Shown: in pieces, positions 1-7,710 of the stretch | Position numbering within the stretch: the first letter of the stretch is position 1 | How the letters are laid out: each line of letters opens with the position of its first letter | Source: Chlamydiota bacterium | GTDB taxonomy: Bacteria > Auribacterota > JACPWU01 | Reading direction: 5' to 3' | NCBI GenBank assembly: GCA_016196885.1 | Contig: JACPWU010000026.1 | Coordinates: 1 to 32,000, forward strand | DNA: 32,000 nucleotides | Notes under the pieces: generated by a model | The model's database searches: none | Told to the model about the DNA's origin: nothing | The model's input: only the letters and a program-made list of their open reading frames with translations | Position numbers and translations under genes: made by a program

Positions 1-11
1 CGAACAAAGAC

Positions 12-123
12 AGTTGGAGGTTAGAGGATCGAAGTTGGAGGAAAAAGATAAAAACACCTTCTTACTTCCAACCTCCAACTTCCAACCTTCAACCACTTCC
101 AACCTCGAACCTCCAACGTCCAA
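12..123. repeat. Heptad-periodic imperfect inverted repeat (GGNNNGA-type units vs CNTCCAA units)
   Basis: Left arm is AGTTGGA GGTTAGA GGATCGA AGTTGGA GG (12-41). The right side is eight CNTCCAA-type units (65-123, one unit 10 nt long). 72-94 is complementary to the left arm at 19 of 23 positions. It lies in-frame inside the open reading frame of the primase-helicase remnant. Confidence 0.75.
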
Positions 124-1392
124 CATCTCTGACGACACAGCCACATTCAAATATGGCGATCTCATTTACCACGTCAAAGACCTCAAAAACACAAACAAGA
201 ACTCACTCAAAATCATTTTAAAGCTCACCCACAAAGACAGTCACTTCACAGACAGAACGGATTTACACAGTGCAAAAGCCAGGAGATCATTCTCCAATCA
301 AGCCTCCGAGAGACTGAGTCTACAATCAGCGCAAGTGGAAGAGCATTTAGAAGCGATGATGGAAGAATTAGAAACTCAGTCATCCGTTGTTAGTCGTTCG
401 TCGTTAGTAAAAAAGGAAGAGATGAATGAAGAAGAAAAACAAGAAGCGTTCACATTATTAAAAGACCCTAATCATTGATGGAGCAAGTCCTAACACTCAT
501 GCCCCCCGAGGATGTACTCCTCTTCAGCCGAATCACACCCCAGAGTCTATTCTATATGGGGAAGGAAGCCCTTGACAGAAAGATACTGGCCATAGACGAA
601 CGAGAAGGATCACAACAGGCCGACTACTCAATCAGAACACTTCAAAGTCGTGGGAAACTCACATTAGCGGCGTCACAGAAAGACCCAAAAAGCGGAGAAT
701 GGAAAACATTAGTCAGAGAATTTGAAGCTCGTACTCCCTATATAGAGTCATCCACCCGCGATCGGATCAACGAAGAGAATCTGAACCGCTCGTTTGAGCT
801 CTATCTGGATGAAACGCCAGAACAAACGAAGAAAATCTTAGAAGCGCAAAGAAAAGCCGCGGCGGGAATCGATCAAATCACGGAAGCAGAAAAAACTCAT
901 TTAAAAAAACTCTATCAAAATGCACAAAGACTACTACACCCCATCGAAATCAAAATCCCATACGAGCTAGAGGTCAGCATTCCGCAGAACTGGCTTCGCA
1001 CGCGAAGGGATCATGAAAGATTTTTAAGTTTAATTAAAGTCATAGCGTTGGTACATCAAAAGCAAAGACCCACTGAAGAAGATCTAAAAGCCACACCAGA
1101 AGATATCGGAATTGCCCGAGCCTTACTTTCGCCTGTCATAGGTGAACTCACAAGCGACTTACCCAAACCCGTAGCGGTATTTTATGAACTATTGAAGAAA
1201 AAGGTTCATGAAGAATCGGGAGAAATCTCAATTGAAGACTATCAATTTACAAGGCGACAAGTCAGAACCTGGCTAGGCTTGCCGGATCACATCGTCAAGC
1301 GATGCATAAAAATGTTGGAAGAACTGGAATATGTAGACGTGAAGAAATCGTCTCGAGGGTCGAGGTACCAATATCACTTAGCGAGTCTTTGA
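14..1392 (+). pseudogene. Degraded element-encoded primase / replicative-helicase gene (two fragments, 14-478 and 475-1392; the frame is open to the window edge)
   Basis: Fragment 1 has YGDLIYHVKDL...LKIILKL...TDLHSAKARRSFSNQASERL. Fragment 2 has SLFYMGKEALDRKILAIDEREG, LTLAASQKDPKSGE, INEENLNRSFELYLDETPEQTKKI and RTRRDHERFLSLIKVIALVHQKQR. From memory, these are the conserved blocks of the plasmid/ICE primase-helicase family. The fragments are in different frames (stop TGA at 476-478). The P-loop (Walker A) block expected between ...LLKDPN and M.QVL...P.ED is missing. Confidence 0.6.
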
Positions 1393-1431
1393 CAATAATG
1401 TCCAAAAAAATCAAGCTCAAGTTATTCACAA

Positions 1432-1523
1432 GTGGAACAGTGGAACAAAAGTGGAACAAGCCCTTTGTCCCACTTTCAGGCCGATAAATACTGGGCCGAA
1501 GCCCAAAGTGGAACAGTGGAACA
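1432..1523 (+). repeat. Iteron-like cluster of GTGGAACA repeats between the replication remnant and the integrase
   Basis: Exact GTGGAACA starts at 1432, 1440, 1451, 1508 and 1516, all direct. A one-mismatch inverted copy (TTGTCCCAC) lies at 1465-1473. Confidence 0.8.
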
Positions 1524-1546
1524 AAAAAAGGTAGGGGTATTAAAAA

Positions 1547-3220
1547 ATGAGTCCCGAACACCACATCCAAAGATATTTAGAAGAAACGAAGCAGAATATC
1601 CAGAATGAATCCATCTTTGGAATGAAACGAAATGCCCTCAGGCATTACCTAGCCTTCCTAAACAAAGAAGGACAAACATCTTTAGATGTTTCAAGCGATT
1701 TGATCCATCGCTTTAGAGAAAGTATGTATTTTAATCTTAACTACAGCACATCGGCAATATGGACCTACACAAAAGCTCTAAGAGAATTTTACGAACATCT
1801 CAAATCCCACAACATCATTAATGAAAACCCAGTGAAAGTCTGTATCCTCAAGAAAACACCCGTAAGGGAACGTCATTACACAGACGAAGAAATCATCAGA
1901 GCCTACCTCATCAGCGTTCGACCCTACATGAACCGTCTCAGCATTGAAAAAGAGGTGTCATACAGCTGGAAAAGGATCAAAACCATTCTAAAGCGACACG
2001 ACTGGACATTAAAGAATCTGGACAGAGCTCATCTTGAAACCATCGCAAAAGAACTAGACCGATATCCAGGCCAGCACGGCCTACTCCTCAACTACCCAAC
2101 TCGAATCAGAACATTTAACATGTTAAGAGAACTCCTAAGATGGATGAAAAGAAACGGCCATAGGAATCTCGATCCTGGACGTGCGTTTAGATATCATTTT
2201 AGTCCAACGAGCCATGAGCGGGTGATCGAGAAACCGCCCGTTTTTGTGTTATGGCAAGACCATCTTCTGCGCTACATGAGAGAGTGCAGAATCAATTTAA
2301 GACCCACAACCACCCGGACGCGAGAATATCATTTAAGAACATTTTTTGAATTCCTCACCGAACAAAACATCCAAGATATCCAAGAGATCACAACAGAAGC
2401 CCTGGAGTCCTATAGAACCCTTATTTACGAAAACATACACTGGGCTGAATCCACTAAATATGCGAAGACGGGAACAGCCAGATACTTCATCGATTATCTA
2501 GAGAGAACAAATCAAATTTTGATAAACCCTGCTCGCAAAATAATCTGGCCCTATCGCCACGATGGGCTCCCTACACGACTCATGACACAACAAGATGTAA
2601 AAACTTTACTGGGTGCATTTGGCCCCTCATCAGCAACTAGCTTACGCAATCGCACCATTTTTGAAGTCATGTACTCAAGTGGCTTAAGGGCGTCGGAGGC
2701 GGGTGGAATTAGGCTAGAGGATATCAACTTTCAAGAAGGACTCCTTAAAGTACAAAATCCAAAAGGAGGAAAGAGCTTTCAAAGAGTTGTTCCTATTGGG
2801 AAAATGGCACTCGAGTGGATCCAACGTTATCTCAAAGAAGGTAGAACACACTTTATTGCGCTACCCAGCAATGAACAATATCTTTTTCTCTCATCCACAG
2901 GAAAACCCATCACATCTCACACCATCAATGGAATCATGCTGCAAGCAGAAGTAAAACGGGGTCTAAGAAGACACTACAGCTCTCACTCCTGGCGAGTCAC
3001 CTGCGCTACGGAAATGCTAAAAAACCATGCGGACATCCGACATGTCCAGGAGCAATTAGGTCATCGCTCTTTAAACTCAACACAAATCTACACACGACTC
3101 ATGCCCATGGACCTTAAAAAAGTTCATCAAAAAACTCATCCAAGAGAAAAGGAATATAGAAGACTCTATAAAGGCGAAGAAGAAAAAAATATAACGACAT
3201 CGGCCCCAATCGTTGTATAA
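1547..3220 (+). CDS. Tyrosine recombinase / integrase, 557 aa, with two tandem SAM-like core-binding domains
   Basis: The C-terminal catalytic domain has SSGLRASEAGGIRLEDI (Arg), HSWRVTCATEM (H-x-x-R) and LGHRSLNSTQIYTR (His...Tyr). Two N-terminal segments (aa ~1-105 and ~235-335) both fit the phage-integrase N-terminal SAM-like pattern ending in ...NP. The ATG is preceded by AGGTAGGGG. Confidence 0.9.
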   Translation: MSPEHHIQRYLEETKQNIQNESIFGMKRNALRHYLAFLNKEGQTSLDVSSDLIHRFRESMYFNLNYSTSAIWTYTKALREFYEHLKSHNIINENPVKVCILKKTPVRERHYTDEEIIRAYLISVRPYMNRLSIEKEVSYSWKRIKTILKRHDWTLKNLDRAHLETIAKELDRYPGQHGLLLNYPTRIRTFNMLRELLRWMKRNGHRNLDPGRAFRYHFSPTSHERVIEKPPVFVLWQDHLLRYMRECRINLRPTTTRTREYHLRTFFEFLTEQNIQDIQEITTEALESYRTLIYENIHWAESTKYAKTGTARYFIDYLERTNQILINPARKIIWPYRHDGLPTRLMTQQDVKTLLGAFGPSSATSLRNRTIFEVMYSSGLRASEAGGIRLEDINFQEGLLKVQNPKGGKSFQRVVPIGKMALEWIQRYLKEGRTHFIALPSNEQYLFLSSTGKPITSHTINGIMLQAEVKRGLRRHYSSHSWRVTCATEMLKNHADIRHVQEQLGHRSLNSTQIYTRLMPMDLKKVHQKTHPREKEYRRLYKGEEEKNITTSAPIVV

Positions 3221-3247
3221 TCTGGATCTTATTTAGCGAGGGGGTTC

Positions 3248-6200
3248 ATGCAACAGATTTTATCTAGTCTCCTAGCCGCAGTACAAATCTTCTGGGCCAT
3301 GCCCATTGACTTAAAAGCTGTTCAACAAAACCAAGCCAGTTCCATCAACCAAAGCGTTATCAGTGAAGAAGAAAACATAAAACCCCAGCCCCAAAATCTC
3401 GAAAAACAGCAGGGATTTATCACTTTTGAGATCAAAAATGACAGCTTAATCAATGAACACAGGGAAATGACGAACTTGGTAAGCGCATTAGACCCGAACG
3501 GAATCATGGGAAGAATCGCAGGCATCGCCTCCAGCGTCATCATGACCGTAGCGGGAAGCGCCATCGCAGGCCCCTTAGGCGCAGCCGTCATGTCGAGCCT
3601 CAACAGCATCAGCCAGGGCGTCATCGCAGGCCAAGACATGAGCACCATCCTCAAAGGAGCCGCGATCAACTTTGCCGTCACACTCATCACAGCAGGAGTG
3701 GCACACGGCGTAGAATCGGCCCTGGGAGCCACGACACAAACACTAGGCCAAGCCATGACCGCGCCAGCGTTCACGCAAGCGGCAGCCCAAGCGGCAGGAA
3801 CCACGGTCACCGGCCTCGCCCTCCAATCCGCAATGAAACAAATCTTCACCCGAACCCTGCTCACCTTTGCCGGAGACAAACTGGGCGTAGTAGGAAGCAA
3901 CATCGTAGGAGGCGTCATCACAGGCGCCTTAACCGGCGACCCCACACAAATCGTACTAGGAGCCATTAAAGGCACAGCCTCAGGCTACATTCAGAAAGGC
4001 CTAGGTAACAGCGTAGGAGCCCAATTCCTAAGTGCCGCGATCAGTGGCGTCACCGACACCGTCATACAAGTAGCTGGAACGAAAATGGTCGCAGACATCA
4101 AAGAAGGCATAAACCGCATGAAACACAACTGGACCGCTCGAAGCCAAATCCCGGATGGAGCCACCGCCCTAACAAACAGCAAAGGCTACATCACAAGCTA
4201 TGAAACAAAAACAGAAAACGGAACCGCGAAATACATCTACAACACTGAAACAAAAACCTACAACAGCGAACCCTTATACATAAAACGAGACGACGCAACA
4301 CTCACGACAGCGACAGCATTAAATAGCCCCTCAATGACGGTCGCAAGCCTAAACCCCATAACCCTCACCGTCACCGGCTCCACAAGACACAACAACGAAA
4401 TAGGAGCCACAGAAACATATGATCGCCTAGGCAACTTCATCGAAGCCATCCCCGACAATCAAATACCGATCTACAACGACTCTGGAGAACTCATCGCCAC
4501 AAAGCTACCATTATCCATGATGACACTTGGAATGGGACAAGACATATACTTCTCACCCATAACCCCTCCATCTCCCCTTAACTTAAGGGGAGGGGAAACG
4601 ACTCCATCAAGCGAGCCCCCCTCTTTAGTTCAAAGAGGGGCTGGGGGAGTTAGCCTTGAAGGCGGCCAAATGCTGGGCCAAGTCCCCATGAGCGTAGAAC
4701 CCGTTATCCAGCATGGAACTCTTCTAGGCTCCGCAAGGATCGAAGACGATGGAACAAGAACCTACTACAACACAAGTGGGGACACCTTATATCGTCTTCT
4801 ACCCAATGCAGAATTTACAATCAGCCCCTTAAACAAAATCGTTCAATACACCACAGACCTCAAAGGCTCAAACATCTACGACCTCCAAGGAAATCAAATC
4901 CAATACATCCCAACTGGGGCTGTAGGAACAGAGCTTAACGGCAACCTCGCATCCTACAGAAGAACACAAAGCGTAGAGGGAATCATCCACGTCGAATGGT
5001 TCGACAAAAATGGAGTCAGCGTCCCACTAGATGAGGCATTGTCAGGACTCGAAACAGGGCTCAACTTAGTGTCGGACTTCACTCAACAAAAAATAAATCA
5101 GACGGCAGAACTTGGAAAACAAATTTACACAAACTGGCTTGAAGGCATTCAACAAGAACAAGAAAAAAAGGACACCCTCATTTACCAAGCCAAAGAATAC
5201 TTCCGAGATAGAACAAAAGCAATCGCGGATTATTTTGGTTCAGACAACTTCAACAACACGCTCTCTAATGGACTCGACCAAGCGTACAACATATTGAAGT
5301 ACCCAGCAGGCCTTGGGAACATAATCATGGGAACGGTTGTGGGTGCGAAAGAATATTTAGGGATGACAGATGAATGGCAAAGCCGGAACTACAATGAGCT
5401 TAAGAGTGATGAACACCCTGGCTTTCAATTTGGAAGAACTGTCATCGGTCCCGTTACTGGAAACCTCATCGTAGACAGAGTCAACCTAGAAAAAGCAATG
5501 GACCCGCAGCTGTCCACATTAGAAAGAATAGGAGCAGCCTCAGGAGTTTTTGGCCATGTCATCATCACGGCTTTGGGAGCCGATGCACTCTTAGAAGGAA
5601 TAATGGGAAGAGCAGCAAGCGCAGCTGCAACTAAGACCGAACAAATCGCAGAAGTAGCACATACGGGCTACAAACTCCTCACCAAAAGCCACATCACAGG
5701 AGCTGTCTTAAATGGTGCAGTAGGATTCTTGAGTGTGTATAACGACGATGCATCATCAAAAGAAATAATTGCAAAAACTATTACCATGGCGGGGTTGGGG
5801 TTGGTGGGAAATCCTATTGAATTTATGTTTAAAACATCGGCGAGTAAAGCACTGAGTGGTGGGGTGGTGGGGGGCGTTGGGAACGCCGCAGTTCAAGCTG
5901 CGGAAATATATGCTGAGACAGGATCACTTAAAGAAGTGAGGACATTGAGGAATTATGACATTGCTAGTGTAGGTCAGTCTACAATTATGGGTATTTTTTC
6001 CCACGGCTTCACCCAATCCATCTTCCAAGGTCAGGCTGAATCCCATCCCTATCTGACTCAAGCGGCTAAGCAGGCGTTCAAGCAAGCCTACGGGCCTTTC
6101 GTGAAAGTATATGCACCTGCCTTGATAGTGTTTCTTGATCCAGTCACCAGTGTTCAAGCCTACGAAAGAGACGTACATTTAGATGTGACAAATTATCTAG

Positions 6201-7114
6201 CGATCAAGGGAGGTATGAGTCCTCAAGACGCCGTGGTTGTAGCGAAAGCAAATCAATGGACAGATGACGATCCTAAAAGAAGTCCATGGGCCAGTGAGGA
6301 AGCAAGACGCTTATACCATTTTGTAACACCTGCTAGACTAGCAGAGTTGAGAAAAGATGCATTTGACAGTCTGGATGCGGAAAAATTTGGGACATATCTT
6401 CATGCCTTTCAGGACTCTTTCTCCCATGCCGGATATGGCCCCAAAGTGGGGCACTTATTTAAACGTCATGAGCCTGATAAAACATATAATGATCCAGAAA
6501 AAGCGATGTTGATGGAACAAGGGACATACCAGGAGATATTACGATTTCAAAGCGCAAGAGGGTATGATGTCGCGGATCGGTTCCGAGAGTTATACGAGAG
6601 GATGAATACTTTTAACCGTGCTAAAGATGATGATGTAAAGAAGGGTGCTCTTGCTGGAGGAGTTATCCTTTCCCTGCTTATGATGGAAAAAAACGGATCG
6701 AAGAAATCGGGGGCAGAAGAAGCCAAGATTAAGGCTCGTGTGAAAGGATTTTGGTCAGTTTGGCAGTCGAGGCGATATGGGATGATGTGGAATTATATAT
6801 CTGCCAGCGTAAAGGAAGGGAATGAAAACGATCCGAAGAAATATGTTGAATACATAAAGAAATTTAAATTTGAAAAAGGATTTAGAAACTTTTCATACAC
6901 AGTGAAAGACATTAATACTGAAGGTCCTAAAGCACTGGTAAGGGTAGAATATAGCTTTATTGCAAATGACAAACTCAATAAAGGAGCAGAAGGCCAAATT
7001 TGGATTTATGAGAATAGCGATTGGTACTATAACGACAACCTCTATGCCGAGTCAGATGGAGAGTTTTATGGTGATCGGGCAGGAAAGAGGCGGTGGGAAT
7101 CGTTAAGTAAATGA
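3248..7114 (+). CDS. Large polymorphic-toxin-like protein (1288 aa): glycine-zipper tracts, degenerate YD-like repeats, zinc-phospholipase C / P1-nuclease-like C-terminal domain, NTF2-like tail
   Basis: ATG 3248 follows GAGGGGG. Residues ~85-290 and ~760-890 are Gly/Ala/Ser/Thr/Val-rich hydrophobic GxxxG/AxxxA tracts. Residues ~385-600 contain ETYDRLGNFIEAI, IYNDSGELIAT, YYNTSGDTLYRL, NIYDLQGNQIQYI and WFDKNGVSV. Residues ~970-1090 read VHLDVTNYLA...WTDDDP...YHFVTP...FGTYLHAFQDSFSHAGY...GHLFKRHEPD, which matches the His/Asp ligand order of zinc-dependent PLC. That it is coding is near certain; the functional call is tentative. Confidence 0.65.
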   Translation: MQQILSSLLAAVQIFWAMPIDLKAVQQNQASSINQSVISEEENIKPQPQNLEKQQGFITFEIKNDSLINEHREMTNLVSALDPNGIMGRIAGIASSVIMTVAGSAIAGPLGAAVMSSLNSISQGVIAGQDMSTILKGAAINFAVTLITAGVAHGVESALGATTQTLGQAMTAPAFTQAAAQAAGTTVTGLALQSAMKQIFTRTLLTFAGDKLGVVGSNIVGGVITGALTGDPTQIVLGAIKGTASGYIQKGLGNSVGAQFLSAAISGVTDTVIQVAGTKMVADIKEGINRMKHNWTARSQIPDGATALTNSKGYITSYETKTENGTAKYIYNTETKTYNSEPLYIKRDDATLTTATALNSPSMTVASLNPITLTVTGSTRHNNEIGATETYDRLGNFIEAIPDNQIPIYNDSGELIATKLPLSMMTLGMGQDIYFSPITPPSPLNLRGGETTPSSEPPSLVQRGAGGVSLEGGQMLGQVPMSVEPVIQHGTLLGSARIEDDGTRTYYNTSGDTLYRLLPNAEFTISPLNKIVQYTTDLKGSNIYDLQGNQIQYIPTGAVGTELNGNLASYRRTQSVEGIIHVEWFDKNGVSVPLDEALSGLETGLNLVSDFTQQKINQTAELGKQIYTNWLEGIQQEQEKKDTLIYQAKEYFRDRTKAIADYFGSDNFNNTLSNGLDQAYNILKYPAGLGNIIMGTVVGAKEYLGMTDEWQSRNYNELKSDEHPGFQFGRTVIGPVTGNLIVDRVNLEKAMDPQLSTLERIGAASGVFGHVIITALGADALLEGIMGRAASAAATKTEQIAEVAHTGYKLLTKSHITGAVLNGAVGFLSVYNDDASSKEIIAKTITMAGLGLVGNPIEFMFKTSASKALSGGVVGGVGNAAVQAAEIYAETGSLKEVRTLRNYDIASVGQSTIMGIFSHGFTQSIFQGQAESHPYLTQAAKQAFKQAYGPFVKVYAPALIVFLDPVTSVQAYERDVHLDVTNYLAIKGGMSPQDAVVVAKANQWTDDDPKRSPWASEEARRLYHFVTPARLAELRKDAFDSLDAEKFGTYLHAFQDSFSHAGYGPKVGHLFKRHEPDKTYNDPEKAMLMEQGTYQEILRFQSARGYDVADRFRELYERMNTFNRAKDDDVKKGALAGGVILSLLMMEKNGSKKSGAEEAKIKARVKGFWSVWQSRRYGMMWNYISASVKEGNENDPKKYVEYIKKFKFEKGFRNFSYTVKDINTEGPKALVRVEYSFIANDKLNKGAEGQIWIYENSDWYYNDNLYAESDGEFYGDRAGKRRWESLSK
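4572..4640. repeat. Two perfect palindromes embedded in-frame in the toxin gene
   Basis: CTCCCCTTAA-C-TTAAGGGGAG lies at 4572-4592 (10-bp arms). CCCCTCTTT-AGTTC-AAAGAGGGG lies at 4618-4640 (9-bp arms). Together they encode PLNLRGG...PPSLVQRGAGG. Confidence 0.85.
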
Positions 7115-7129
7115 TCCAAGAAGAGTAAC

Positions 7130-7621
7130 ATGCCTCCCCAAACAGATTATCTCTCCAAAGATTTTGTCTTCATGTACCCCAGCCGATTTCTAAATTGGAA
7201 ATGGGCGTTTATGCCGATTAATGTAGTTTTGTTAGGAATATTTTTCATTATAGTTATCGGAAGTTATGTTGAGGTTGGAGCCGAATCTCTAGAATTAACG
7301 TGGGACAATTGGGCGGTCCCACTTTTTTTCTTAATAGGAGATCTCTACTTCACAGGTAACTATTTTCGTCAAGCCCGCTGGCCGTTGCAATTTCAAAGAG
7401 ATGAAGATGGTCTAACGTGTATTCCAATTTGGGGAAAGCGTTGGAAGATTAAATGGGAAGACATTAGAAGAATAGAAGATGTGCCGCGTAAATGGTCGAT
7501 TAAAATCTATGCAAATGTTCCCTGGAGAAAGAGGTATTATTTTTATATTCAAAAAGATCTTGACGGTTTCAAGTACTTGATGGAAACGATTCGAGAGCAT
7601 GTGAGAGAGTGTGAGATTTAA
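7130..7621 (+). CDS. Membrane protein, candidate immunity protein for the 1288-aa toxin (163 aa)
   Basis: It starts 15 nt after the toxin stop. It has two hydrophobic helices (AFMPINVVLLGIFFIIVIGSYV, WAVPLFFLIGDLYF) followed by a basic soluble domain. The role is assigned by position only. Confidence 0.5.
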   Translation: MPPQTDYLSKDFVFMYPSRFLNWKWAFMPINVVLLGIFFIIVIGSYVEVGAESLELTWDNWAVPLFFLIGDLYFTGNYFRQARWPLQFQRDEDGLTCIPIWGKRWKIKWEDIRRIEDVPRKWSIKIYANVPWRKRYYFYIQKDLDGFKYLMETIREHVRECEI

Positions 7622-7675
7622 CACATAAAGGAAGCTCATCAAAAACATCACCCCAGGGAAAAAGACGAGAAATAA

Positions 7676-7710
7676 TTTTTTATTTTAGCTACCGCCGCTA
7701 AAATAAAAAA
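7676..7710. repeat. Perfect 14-bp AT-rich hairpin at the boundary of orphan cassette 1
   Basis: TTTTTTATTTTAGC (7676-7689), loop TACCGCC, GCTAAAATAAAAAA (7697-7710). The ATG of the next ORF starts at the last base of the stem. Confidence 0.85.

Noticed and set aside
1295-1570. ORFs 1302-1487 (+) and 1295-1570 (-) across the iteron region
   Set aside because: They overlap the end of the helicase remnant and are composed largely of the GTGGAACA repeats. The repeats are better explained as DNA-level sites.
3470-3520. LDPNGI near the N-terminus of the 1288-aa protein as an Rhs DPxGL cleavage motif, which would make the whole gene a giant orphan cassette
   Set aside because: The preceding sequence lacks the YDxxGRF and NLYxYxxNNP elements seen in the two real cassettes, and the DNA shows no similarity to the 21-nt junction repeat. 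A lone DPxG is too weak.
3322-3975. 217-aa ORF on the minus strand inside the toxin gene
   Set aside because: It lies antisense to the GC-rich Gly/Ala-coding tract, where stop codons are rare in all frames. The predicted protein is Pro/Ala/Met-rich low complexity. The + strand frame is continuous for 1288 codons with a good RBS.
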